The notes beneath the pieces are model-generated. The model was not told the origin of the DNA, did not search any database, and worked only from the letters and a program-made list of their open reading frames with translations. A program made the position numbers and the translations under genes. Positions 8,311-17,737 of a stretch of 64,000 nucleotides of DNA are shown here, in pieces. The stretch is taken from assembly GCA_017472635.1 (NCBI GenBank), contig JAFUPU010000027.1, forward strand, positions 567 through 64,566, written 5' to 3'. The stretch comes from Bacteroidaceae bacterium (GTDB taxonomy: Bacteria > Bacteroidota > Bacteroidia > Bacteroidales > Bacteroidaceae). Positions within the stretch are counted from its first letter, which is position 1. Each line of letters begins with the position of its first letter.

Positions 8311-11300
8311 TTATTCACCAACCACATATTTTGTATACACATTGCCTTTCTTTACGATGTAGATGCCTGCAGGCAAGTTGTCTGTTGTAGGCATAAGTTT
8401 TCCGTCCAATGTATAAACAGCAGTTACAGGAGTTTCATCAGCCACACTGTTTTCAATTCCTGTAGTTCCCATCAATGCAATCACGAAGCGGTCGTTCACA
8501 GTTCCTTCTTCGGTATTGAATGTGTAGCTTTCTGTAGTCAAATCAGTAACTGTTCCTGTGAGTTTGTCAGTCAACATCACAGAAACTTCACTATTTGGAT
8601 TGTTTGCCAACGACAAAGTATATTCACCAGTCTTTCCAAAGTAGGCACCCAATCCGACGATGCCATTACCCATAGGACGTTCGTCGATGGCATACTTCAC
8701 ACCACCATCGGTAATGTAGAGTTGCTGCACGTCAGTATTATTACTCATAAACTTGCTCGCATCGCGGCTAGCTTCATACTCCATCTGAGCCATTTCGTTC
8801 ATGACAAGACGGGCACGATCCGCGTAATTATTATCAGATAACAGGAAGTTATAAACGTGACGTTCTACAGAAGCACTGCGAGTCACAACATATTCGTCGG
8901 TATAACCCAAGCCTGCACTGTGCATACGCCCATCCTTACGAAATGTAATGGATTCGGAATCAGCTGTACGCTGTACAAAAAATGCCTCATTGGGAGTCAG
9001 CACATAATCATCGTCGAGCAAAGAATAAGCTGTGTAGCCATAACCATTCCATACAGTGATAGGGGCATCAAACTCCATTTTCTGAGTATTGTAGTAAGCG
9101 GGATAGGGGTTACCCACCAAGTTCCATGAACGGTTGTGGGCAAACTCAGAAACATATTCATTCAAAGGAATCACTACATCATCATGAGCAAAAAGTGTAC
9201 CTGTGCCATTAACTGCCGGGAATACCACTTCTACCATTCCTGATGAATAACCATCGCTATTATTATTGTTGCAATGGAAGATATAACCTTCGCCTGCCTT
9301 CAACACTGTACCCTCTGTCACATTTTGCCAAGTGTTACCCGTCATTGCCGCACGGTCTTCACCCGAATACTTGCGAACAACCCAAAGGGTTCCTTCGGGA
9401 ACTGAAATGTCTGATACATTCACATCGTAAGGGAATGAAATGAAACTCCAACGATTTGTCGGCAAATAGGCATGTGTGCAGGCACTGTCTGCCGTCATTT
9501 CGTTCTGTGTAATAAGGGTAGTGCAATAGGGATTCTTTCCATAAACATAAGCATCCAACTCATAATCATAGTAATAATCGTCGTAGCTATACAAATTCTG
9601 ATACTGGAGATAAGAACCTACAGAGAATGCCGAATTGGCATTTACGGTCAGATGGGCAGGACTATTATCTACATACTCGTACCACTCATTATAATAACCA
9701 CCATAATCAAGTGTCACATCCACACCGCTTGCCAAGCCATTATAGGCATAGATGGTAAAGTCCTGGTTGATATTCAACTTCTCAATATCCCCTTCTATGG
9801 CTACAGTCTGAAAGAAGTTGTACCAGTCATCGTGCAAACGATAGGCATTTACACTGAACTCAGGCACATGCAAAGTGGCCGACGACATATTACTGAAAGC
9901 ATAAGTTGAGAAAGGAACAATCACATAGCAATACAAGTCCTTTACTACAGACGAAGAAAATGCGTTACCACCAATTTGGGTTATAGTGGATGGGATGGAG
10001 ATGGTTTCCATTGGACAATCATAGAATGCAGATGAACCTATAGTAGTACATCCTTCAGGGATTACAATTGATTTCAACGAAGTGCTGTGAAATGCGTCAC
10101 CACCAATTGATTGTACAGAAGAAGGCAAAGTGATAGAGGTCAATGAATCACAGCCATAAAACATATTGGAAGGAATCGATGAAAGTTTATCAGAAAGAGT
10201 CACATCACTCAATTTGCGGCAATATTCAAAGATTTCTGAAGACAATTCTGTAGCACTTGACAAATCAACCTTTGTCAACGCTAAGCATTCAGAAAAAGCC
10301 CTACGTCCTATTATTTGTACATTACTGAGGTCTATATCATTCAATGCATAACAACGATAGAAACATTCATTTTGTATTTCTGTTACAGCAGGAATCTTTA
10401 CAGATTGCAGGTTCCCACAATATTGGAATGCATAACTTCCCAAAGTTGTTGCCATAGGCAATTCTATACTCTTCAATGAAGAACAACCATTAAATGCACA
10501 ATAACCAATTTCCGTCACATTTGGAAGAGTGATGGATTCCAATCTTACACAATTATAGAAAGCATATTCTCCGATATTCGTGACCGTAGAAGGTAATACT
10601 ACGGTTGCCAACCTAGTAAGTCCATTACATCCAATGAAAGAAGTAATATCAGTCTGCGAAAGGTCAAGCTTACGAATTTGTGTCATGCGAGAAATCAACG
10701 CCAAATCATCGGCATTCAAGCTACCTGATACAGTCAGTTCGTCCACATCGGTCCACTGCTGAATCTCATTCAACAACAAGTTTCCAAACTGTCCGGCAGT
10801 AGGAACATGAATGGTATATGCTTTCGGTTCCCACCCTTCATAAATAACATCTATAGAAGTGGACCAATAATTATTACCGTAATCACAGTATTTCATATAT
10901 GTTGAATAAGCTGATTGAGGAACATAAATAGCCACAGAAGAATAATCGGAATTGTTATTAAGACTCGGAGGCGTTTCCGACTGTAGATGCATTTCTGTTA
11001 TAGTTTCAGGGAGAGAACAGCTTATAGAACTAATCGTACTTGGAAGTGTTATAGATATCACATTGGGAGCCTCATCCAAATCCAACGTACTGCTGTAACC
11101 GCAATATTTTACGGCCATAGTATAACTGGAATAAACAATTGTATCAGGTACGACAAGAGACGTTGCATCAGTAATAGCCCCTGTAAAATATGCAGAGGTA
11201 TTATTATTTTTATAAAACCCCAATACTGTACCATCTTCACAAGTAACAAGATACCTCGCATTACTGATAGAACTACTATTGACATAAGTAGCCTGCATCG

Positions 11301-11382
11301 TCAAAGCATTTACTGATACTGGCATAAGACCAAACACTAAGCCCAAAAGACTGGCCAAACAAAGTTTTGTATTTTTTTTCAT
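8311..11382 (-). CDS. BspA/TpLRR-type leucine-rich repeat surface protein with a T9SS-type C-terminal domain
   Basis: Many LxxIxLPxxVTxIGxxAFxxC repeats; signal peptide MKKNTKLCLASLLGLVFGLMPVSVNA at ATG 11382 (the ORF-track start at 11640 is probably an over-extension); C-terminus VYTLDGK...LPAGIYIVKKGNVYTKYVVGE. Confidence 0.9.
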   Translation of the reverse strand: MKKNTKLCLASLLGLVFGLMPVSVNALTMQATYVNSSSISNARYLVTCEDGTVLGFYKNNNTSAYFTGAITDATSLVVPDTIVYSSYTMAVKYCGYSSTLDLDEAPNVISITLPSTISSISCSLPETITEMHLQSETPPSLNNNSDYSSVAIYVPQSAYSTYMKYCDYGNNYWSTSIDVIYEGWEPKAYTIHVPTAGQFGNLLLNEIQQWTDVDELTVSGSLNADDLALISRMTQIRKLDLSQTDITSFIGCNGLTRLATVVLPSTVTNIGEYAFYNCVRLESITLPNVTEIGYCAFNGCSSLKSIELPMATTLGSYAFQYCGNLQSVKIPAVTEIQNECFYRCYALNDIDLSNVQIIGRRAFSECLALTKVDLSSATELSSEIFEYCRKLSDVTLSDKLSSIPSNMFYGCDSLTSITLPSSVQSIGGDAFHSTSLKSIVIPEGCTTIGSSAFYDCPMETISIPSTITQIGGNAFSSSVVKDLYCYVIVPFSTYAFSNMSSATLHVPEFSVNAYRLHDDWYNFFQTVAIEGDIEKLNINQDFTIYAYNGLASGVDVTLDYGGYYNEWYEYVDNSPAHLTVNANSAFSVGSYLQYQNLYSYDDYYYDYELDAYVYGKNPYCTTLITQNEMTADSACTHAYLPTNRWSFISFPYDVNVSDISVPEGTLWVVRKYSGEDRAAMTGNTWQNVTEGTVLKAGEGYIFHCNNNNSDGYSSGMVEVVFPAVNGTGTLFAHDDVVIPLNEYVSEFAHNRSWNLVGNPYPAYYNTQKMEFDAPITVWNGYGYTAYSLLDDDYVLTPNEAFFVQRTADSESITFRKDGRMHSAGLGYTDEYVVTRSASVERHVYNFLLSDNNYADRARLVMNEMAQMEYEASRDASKFMSNNTDVQQLYITDGGVKYAIDERPMGNGIVGLGAYFGKTGEYTLSLANNPNSEVSVMLTDKLTGTVTDLTTESYTFNTEEGTVNDRFVIALMGTTGIENSVADETPVTAVYTLDGKLMPTTDNLPAGIYIVKKGNVYTKYVVGE

Positions 11383-11465
11383 ACTCAACAATCTTATGCT
11401 CTTTGAAAGACTCCCCGGAAATGAGCAGATAATAAAAAACGTTTTATTCTGTTCTGATTCGGTAC

Positions 11466-11569
11466 AAAAAATAAAAAAGCGTGAGAGTCTGTGCCTGTTG
11501 CCCGTCCGACTCTCTGAGGCTTCTCGCATTGCCCACCTATTCAGAACGAGCAACGTCAAAACCCCACGC
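11466..11569 (-). promoter_or_regulatory. Long hairpin plus U-tract in the 5' leader of the LRR operon (candidate attenuator or structured RNA)
   Basis: On the minus strand GCGTGGGGTTT...AGACTCTCACGC closes the stem; the inner stem GTTGCTCGTTCTGA/TCGGACGGGCAAC has G-U pairs; TTTTTTATTTTTT follows. Confidence 0.5.
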
Positions 11570-11783
11570 CGAAATTGTATAAACACCTTTATCCACCTTT
11601 CCAAAGATGGACAAAGAGCATATATACACCCGTAGGGCATCTACGTTGCTTTGTTTTTGAATAGGTGAAATTTTGCGAGAATTTCAAAGAGTCAAAACCA
11701 AAGCGCCAAGTAAACGCCTTTTCCATTATGTACATCCCCACCCTGTTCTCTCCCGACGGAGAGCTTTCGGCGTAGAGACGGGG

Positions 11784-11791
11784 CAAAGATA
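11784..11791 (-). promoter_or_regulatory. Bacteroidetes housekeeping-sigma -7 element for the LRR/cohesin-dockerin operon
   Basis: TATCTTTG on the minus strand matches TAnnTTTG. Confidence 0.55.
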
Positions 11792-11915
11792 GGAATAGTT
11801 GTGAATATGAGCAAGAAAAAACAAGAGAATTTATATCATCCGTTAAAAAAAACAAAGAGAAGTCACCTCATTGCAACCTTATCTTGTACCCTTGATGACT
11901 TGCGACCAAAGACTT

Positions 11916-12080
11916 GGTAACCCCAACGAACCATACACGGTAATCCCACGAAGTACACTTGATTCACCCGCGAACCGCACTCCTTATACCGTCTCACTCA
12001 GGTGATGCGGCTTTATCACTCGGGTAATACAGTCATATCACCCGGGTGATAAGCATGCATCACTAAGGTTAAACGTATCA
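11916..12080. repeat. Degenerate 22-bp-period repeats, including four palindromic ATCAC-N4-GTGAT-like units
   Basis: TCAC starts at 11994, 12016, 12038 and 12060 (exact 22-bp spacing); CGAA occurs at 11927, 11949 and 11971. Confidence 0.7.
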
Positions 12081-12311
12081 AGAAGCAGGCTTCTCATCCA
12101 TACCAAGCGCGGTATAAAGACCACCAAAGCCTATTGCACGTTTACCCCAGATATAGTATTGGCAAGTGGATGTCTGGTTGTATTGGCAAGCGGGTATCTT
12201 GGGAAGCCACATCAAGCTAATGACAGGGGAGCAAGAGAGGCAGATGATTGAGAAATCCGGCATATCTCTATTTTCTTTGCCACGATTGAAGGATAATCGG
12301 AAGATTTTGAG

Positions 12312-12319
12312 TATATTTG
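12312..12319 (+). promoter_or_regulatory. -7 promoter element upstream of the DUF853 ATPase
   Basis: TATATTTG, 31 nt before the ATG at 12351. Confidence 0.5.
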
Positions 12320-12350
12320 TACCCCAAATTACAAACCGATATTTTTTGTT

Positions 12351-13865
12351 ATGTATAAAGACCAACAACTCTATGTTGCCCATTCGGCAGAAGGGGCAAT
12401 CCACCTTATAGGCAAGATGGCAAACCGCCACGGACTGATAGCCGGAGCAACCGGTACCGGAAAGACTGTTACCCTGCAGGTGCTGGCTGAGACGTTCTCG
12501 CAAGCCGGTGTGCCTTGCTTCATGGCTGACATGAAGGGAGACTTGTCGGGCATATCACAAACGGGAGGGCTGAGCAAGTTCATAGAGAAGAGGTGTGCTG
12601 AGTGGAAGTTGGATACAACGACGCTGAAGTTTGAGGGTTGCCCGGTGCGCTTCTACGATGTATTCGGAGAGCAGGGACACCCTATGCGCACGACCATCGA
12701 AAAGATGGGTGCCTTGTTGCTGGCACGACTGATGGACCTGAACGAGACACAGACAGGCATACTGACGTTGACGTTCCGCATCGCCAAGGACGAGAAACTG
12801 CCACTCATCGACATGAAAGACTTGCGCCTGATGCTCGACTATGTGGCAAAGAATGCCAAACGTTATGAAACGACCTACGGAAATGTCTCTGCGGCTTCGG
12901 TTGGTGCTATCCAACGTGCCCTGTTGGCATTGGCAGAGCAAGGAGGAGAAGCGTTTTTCGGTGAACCATCGTTTGACATCTTCGACCTACTGCAGACCGA
13001 AGGCGGACGCGGAGTGATGAACATATTGGCGGCAGACAAGCTGATGCTGCAACCCAAGCTCTATTCGACCTTCCTGATGTGGCTGCTGACGGAAATCTAT
13101 GACAAGATGCCTGAGATAGGCGACATGGAGCTGCCCAAGATGGTATTCTTCTTCGATGAGGCACACATGCTCTTCAAAGACACCTCCAAGGCACTGACCG
13201 ACAAGATAGAACAGATTGTACGCCTGATACGCTCTAAAGGCATCGGTGTATACTTCATATCCCAATCGCCATCGGATTTGCCTGAGGCAATATTGGGGCA
13301 GTGCGGTAACCGCGTGCAACATGCCTTGCGGGCTTTTACACCCAAAGACCAGGCTGCAGTAAAGGCTGCTGCACAGACCTTCCGACCGAATCCGGCATTC
13401 GACACCGAACGCGAGATATTGGAGTTGGGAACCGGTGAGGCATTGGTATCATTCCTCGACGAGAAAGGTGCTCCCGCTATGGTACAACGGGCAAAGATTC
13501 TTTTCCCGCTGAGCCAGATTGGTGCCATCACCGACGAGCAACGAAGTGCCATCAATGCCGCATCGCGCATCAGTGGAAAGTATGAGACAGTGGTCGACCG
13601 CGAATCGGCATTCGAACAGATAGTCAAACAGCGTGAAGCGGCTGAGAAGCAGGCTGCAGAAGCCAAAGCCAAAGAAGCCGAAGAGAAAGAGGCTGCCCGC
13701 AAAGCTAAAGAGGAGGAGCGCCAAACAAAAGCGGCAGCAAAGAGCAGCCGCTCATCGTCAAGAAAGAAGAGCTTATTTGCTACGGTATTAGGTACAGCCG
13801 TCACCTATTTTGCCAAAACGGTGGCAACACAGCTCGCACGCAATCTGACAAAGAAAAAACGATAG
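12351..13865 (+). CDS. HerA/FtsK-superfamily ATPase, DUF853 (YjgR-like)
   Basis: NRHGLIAGATGTGKT (Walker A), ADMKGDLSG, FFFDEAH (Walker B), RLIRSKGIG, GNRVQHALRAFTP. Confidence 0.9.
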   Translation: MYKDQQLYVAHSAEGAIHLIGKMANRHGLIAGATGTGKTVTLQVLAETFSQAGVPCFMADMKGDLSGISQTGGLSKFIEKRCAEWKLDTTTLKFEGCPVRFYDVFGEQGHPMRTTIEKMGALLLARLMDLNETQTGILTLTFRIAKDEKLPLIDMKDLRLMLDYVAKNAKRYETTYGNVSAASVGAIQRALLALAEQGGEAFFGEPSFDIFDLLQTEGGRGVMNILAADKLMLQPKLYSTFLMWLLTEIYDKMPEIGDMELPKMVFFFDEAHMLFKDTSKALTDKIEQIVRLIRSKGIGVYFISQSPSDLPEAILGQCGNRVQHALRAFTPKDQAAVKAAAQTFRPNPAFDTEREILELGTGEALVSFLDEKGAPAMVQRAKILFPLSQIGAITDEQRSAINAASRISGKYETVVDRESAFEQIVKQREAAEKQAAEAKAKEAEEKEAARKAKEEERQTKAAAKSSRSSSRKKSLFATVLGTAVTYFAKTVATQLARNLTKKKR

Positions 13866-14047
13866 TTATCAGCCTGTTGGTGAGTAGTGGGCGGTAGTTT
13901 TCAGTTGAACATTTCTTTTTTAAACGTTGTTTTTTCAGTTTCTGAAGGGATTTTCAACTTGAAAGCATGCATATTCGCTGAATATTTGCTAACTTCGCGC
14001 CGATTTTTTCAAGAGTATTAATTTAAGGATAATATATAAACAAGACT

Positions 14048-15561
14048 ATGGCAAAGAAAGCTCTTTTGATGATTCTCGACGGATGGGGAATCGGTAATCA
14101 CGGTAAAGGTGATGTAATCTTCAACACTCCCACCCCTTATATGGACTATCTGGCTGAGACATACCCTCATGCCCAACTGCAAGCGAGTGGTGAAAATGTA
14201 GGATTGCCCGACGGACAGATGGGTAACTCAGAAGTAGGACACCTCAACATCGGTGCCGGACGCATCGTATACCAGGATTTGGTGAAGATTAACCGCGCCT
14301 GTGCTGATGGCAGCATCCTGCAAATCCGCAAGTGGTTGCCGCCTACAGCTATGCCAAAGAGAACGGCAAGAACATCCACTTGATGGGATTGACCTCAGAC
14401 GGTGGAGTACACAGTTCGCTCGACCACCTGTACAAGTTGTGCGACATTGCAAAAGAATATGGCATTGAAAACACCTACATACACTGTTTCATGGATGGTC
14501 GTGACACTGACCCGAAGAGTGGAAAGGGATTCATCGAGCAACTGACTGCACACTGCGAAAAGAGTGCCGGCAAGGTAGCTTCTATTGTAGGACGTTACTA
14601 TGCAATGGACCGAGACAAACGTTGGGAGCGTGTGAAGGTTGCATACGACCTCTTGGTCAATGGTGAAGGCAAGCAGGCTACTGACATGGTGCAGGCTATG
14701 CAAGAGAGCTACGACGAAGGAGTCACCGACGAGTTTGTAAAGCCTATCCACAATGCCACCGTGGACGGTACCATCAAAGAGGGCGATGTGGTTATCTTCT
14801 TCAACTACCGCAACGACCGTGCCAAGGAGCTGACCGTGGTGTTGACCCAACAAGATATGCCCGAAGCAGGCATGCACACCATCCCCGGACTGCAATACTA
14901 CTGCATGACTCCGTATGATGCTTCGTTCACCGGTGTACACATCCTTTTCGACAAAGAGAACGTACAGAACACGTTGGGCGAATATTTGAGTGCCCAAGGC
15001 AAGAGCCAGTTGCACATTGCCGAGACAGAGAAGTATGCCCACGTGACCTTCTTCTTCAACGGTGGACGCGAGACTCCGTATGAAGGGGAAGAGCGCATCT
15101 TGGTGGCTTCACCCAAAGTAGCGACTTACGACCTGCAACCCGAGATGAGTGCCTTTGAGGTAAAGGACAAGTTGGTAGATGCCATCAAGAGTGAGAAGTT
15201 TGACTTCATTGTGGTGAACTTTGCCAACGGTGACATGGTGGGTCATACCGGTATATACAGTGCCATTGAAACTGCAGTGAAGGCAGTTGACGCTTGTGTG
15301 AAGGATGTCATAGAAGCAGCCAAGGCTGCCGGATATGAAGCCATTATCATTGCCGACCATGGTAATGCCGACAATGCAGTGAACAACGACGGTTCGGTAA
15401 ATACCGCCCACTCACTCAACCCTGTGCCCTGCATCTATGTGACAGAAAACAAGGAAGCCAAGGTGGAAAATGGCGTATTGGCAGACGTGGCTCCCTCAAT
15501 CCTGCACATCATGGGACTGCCTCAGCCGGCTGAGATGAATGGCAAATGCTTGATTAAGTAA
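14048..15561 (+). CDS. gpmI: 2,3-bisphosphoglycerate-independent phosphoglycerate mutase, split by a 1-nt frameshift at ~14322-14324
   Basis: [54 protein letters not shown]. Adding one A (CTG CAA AAT CCG CAA GTG) restores a single 504-aa frame. Confidence 0.92.
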
Positions 15562-15572
15562 AATAAAAGGCA

Positions 15573-15621
15573 GACCCACCCCATCCTTCCCTGTGAGGGA
15601 GGGGTGGGTTCGTTTCTTTTT
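15573..15621 (+). terminator. GC-rich hairpin plus T-tract after gpmI
   Basis: GACCCACCCC...GGGGTGGGTT followed by CGTTTCTTTTT. Confidence 0.6.
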
Positions 15622-15632
15622 AAATAACATTT

Positions 15633-16214
15633 ATGATTCAGATAGATGATGTTGTGGTCAGCCTGGACGTACTGAAAGAGCAATTCTTCTGTGACCTGTC
15701 GGCTTGCAAGGGTGAATGTTGCATCGAAGGTGATGCGGGTGCCCCGTTGGAGTTGGACGAAGTGGCAGAGATAGAAGAGGTGCTCCCTATCATTTGGGAC
15801 GACCTTTCGCCTGAAGCACGTGCGGTGATAGAGAGACAGGGAGTTGCCTACACCGATGAAGAGGGCGACCTTGTGACCTCTATAGTCAACGGAAAAGATT
15901 GCGTATTCACTTGCTATGGCAAAGACGGGAGTTGCTATTGTGCAATAGAGAAGGCATATCGTGCCGGAAAGACAGGTTTCTACAAGCCGGTATCCTGCCA
16001 CCTCTACCCTATCCGGGTGGGAGACTATGGTCCCTATAAGGCTGTCAACTACCACCGATGGGATGTGTGCAAGGCTGCCGTGTTGTTGGGCAAATCAAAA
16101 GAGATGCCTGTATACCGTTTCCTGCGCGAACCACTTATCCGCAAATTTGGAGAAGCCTGGTACAACGAGTTGGAAGAAGCTGTTGTTGAACTAAAGAAAC
16201 AGAAATACCTGTAG
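15633..16214 (+). CDS. DUF3109 family Cys-rich protein
   Basis: FFCDLSACKGECCIEGDAGAPL, CAIEKAY, KPVSCHLYPIR, FLREPLIRKFGEAWY. Confidence 0.85.
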   Translation: MIQIDDVVVSLDVLKEQFFCDLSACKGECCIEGDAGAPLELDEVAEIEEVLPIIWDDLSPEARAVIERQGVAYTDEEGDLVTSIVNGKDCVFTCYGKDGSCYCAIEKAYRAGKTGFYKPVSCHLYPIRVGDYGPYKAVNYHRWDVCKAAVLLGKSKEMPVYRFLREPLIRKFGEAWYNELEEAVVELKKQKYL

Positions 16215-16232
16215 GCATACGGTGGTCAAGCC

Positions 16233-16275
16233 TTAACTTCTCAACTTTTAACTTTTAATTCTTAACTTTTAATTC
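16233..16275. repeat. Heptamer (TTAACTT/TTAATTC) intergenic microrepeat
   Basis: ttaactt ctcaactt ttaactt ttaattc ttaactt ttaattc. Confidence 0.6.
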
Positions 16276-16281
16276 TTCCTA

Positions 16282-17553
16282 ATGGACTTCCTACTTCCTT
16301 TCATTGAACTGCTTAACGAGATGTCGCCTTACCTGCTCTTAGGTTTTTTCATAGCAGGGTTATTGCATGCTTTCGTACCAAACGACCTATACAGAAGGTT
16401 GCTTTCAGCCGGAAATTTCCGTTCGGTGTTCTATGCCACCTTATTTGGAGTCCCACTCCCCCTCTGTTCGTGCGGAGTGATACCAACAGCCATGTCGCTG
16501 AGAAGAAACGGAGCGTCTAAAGGTTCAACCGTAGCCTTCCTGATTGCCACTCCGCAAACGGGGGTCGACTCCATACTTGCCACTTGGGCATTGATGGGAG
16601 CACCCTTTGCCATACTGCGACCTGTGACAGCCTTTATCACCGCATTGGCAGGAGGAACACTCACCAATCTGTTAGAGAAAAAAGAGGGTGACACTGAGCA
16701 GGACGAAGAGACAAGGAATGAAGAAGAACTTGTCGGAAAAGGATTCATAGCACGCATGAAGACAGCCTTGCGATATGGATTTGTAGAAATGATACAAGAT
16801 ATAGGGAAATGGCTTATCATAGGACTTGCCATTGCCGGACTGATTACCTTGTTCTTGCCTGACAATTTCTTTGCATTGTATGCCGACTATCCGATATTGA
16901 ACATGCTATTGGTACTTGCCATAGGCATCCCCATGTATCTGTGTGCCACAGGTTCTATCCCCATTGCAGCCGCCTTGATGTTGAAAGGACTTTCACCCGG
17001 TGCAGCACTGGTATTTCTCATGGCGGGACCGGCTACCAATATGGCTGCCATTTTGGTGATAAACAAAGTGATGAAAAGCAAGGCTCTCTGCATCTATCTG
17101 TTTTCAATCATTGCGGGTGCTATCGCATTCGGATTATTCACCGACTACGTATTGCCGGCAGAATGGTTTACCCCCCTGCAACAGACCGGATGTGCAGGCA
17201 ACTGTCATGAAGAGACACAGACCGCTTGGTGGAAGATTGTATCGAGCGTAATCTTCATCATCTTGTTAGTGAATGCTTATCTGAAAAAGGGACATTGCCA
17301 CGAGGCGGATTGCCAATGTCACCAACATACCTCTTCAGTAGAGACCACCAAGGCAGAGAGACGTACTTTTACCATAAAGGGGATGAACTGCAACCACTGT
17401 AGAACCAGCATTGAAAAGGCATTGAAAGAGATGGAGGGAATCACTTGGGTAGAGGTCAGTCTGGATGCAGAAGAGGCACGAGTGGCAGGAGATGCCACTG
17501 ACCAGGCTATCATTGAGACAATCGAATCCTTGGGATTTCAAGTGGAAAGATAG
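16282..17553 (+). CDS. ArsP/SO_0444-family metal permease with a C-terminal HMA domain
   Basis: PLPLCSCGVIP, TPQTGVDS, PMYLCATGSIP, AGPATN; multiple TM helices; C-terminal GMNCNHC. Confidence 0.85.
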   Translation: MDFLLPFIELLNEMSPYLLLGFFIAGLLHAFVPNDLYRRLLSAGNFRSVFYATLFGVPLPLCSCGVIPTAMSLRRNGASKGSTVAFLIATPQTGVDSILATWALMGAPFAILRPVTAFITALAGGTLTNLLEKKEGDTEQDEETRNEEELVGKGFIARMKTALRYGFVEMIQDIGKWLIIGLAIAGLITLFLPDNFFALYADYPILNMLLVLAIGIPMYLCATGSIPIAAALMLKGLSPGAALVFLMAGPATNMAAILVINKVMKSKALCIYLFSIIAGAIAFGLFTDYVLPAEWFTPLQQTGCAGNCHEETQTAWWKIVSSVIFIILLVNAYLKKGHCHEADCQCHQHTSSVETTKAERRTFTIKGMNCNHCRTSIEKALKEMEGITWVEVSLDAEEARVAGDATDQAIIETIESLGFQVER

Positions 17554-17611
17554 AGGCTGTTTCAAAATGGCTTCATCTATTTTTTAGGCGCAAACCTCGT
17601 CAAGAATATAA

Positions 17612-17682
17612 TTCAGGCACGGATTTCACGGATTAGCACCTACTCGACAGTGCGTCATTAATCCGTGAAATCCGTGCCTGAA
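17612..17682. repeat. Perfect 24-bp inverted repeat (REP-like CACGGATT element)
   Basis: TTCAGGCACGGATTTCACGGATTA (17612-17635) and TAATCCGTGAAATCCGTGCCTGAA (17659-17682), between convergent genes. Confidence 0.85.
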
Positions 17683-17737
17683 ACATTCGTGGCTCATAAT
17701 GCCACGCCTTTATCTACTGTAAGCCGAAAGAGAGGAA

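Noticed and set aside
1-11400. Diversity-generating retroelement or true cellulosome
   Set aside because: No reverse transcriptase or TR/VR pair was seen, and there is no catalytic CAZyme domain or multi-cohesin scaffoldin in the visible part.
11383-11640. 86-aa N-terminal extension of the LRR protein in the ORF track
   Set aside because: A clear signal peptide starts at 11382, and the extension runs through the hairpin/U-tract leader.
11994-12080. 22-bp array as a CRISPR array
   Set aside because: The whole unit is 22 bp with only ~8 variable bases, the repeats are degenerate, and there are no cas genes.
12351-13865. HerA-type anti-phage defence system
   Set aside because: The motifs fit the widespread stand-alone DUF853/YjgR family, and no Sir2, NurA or nuclease partner is adjacent.
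14318-14334. Programmed ribosomal frameshift in gpmI
   Set aside because: No X-XXY-YYZ slippery heptamer is present, and the same lesion type in susC points to homopolymer error.
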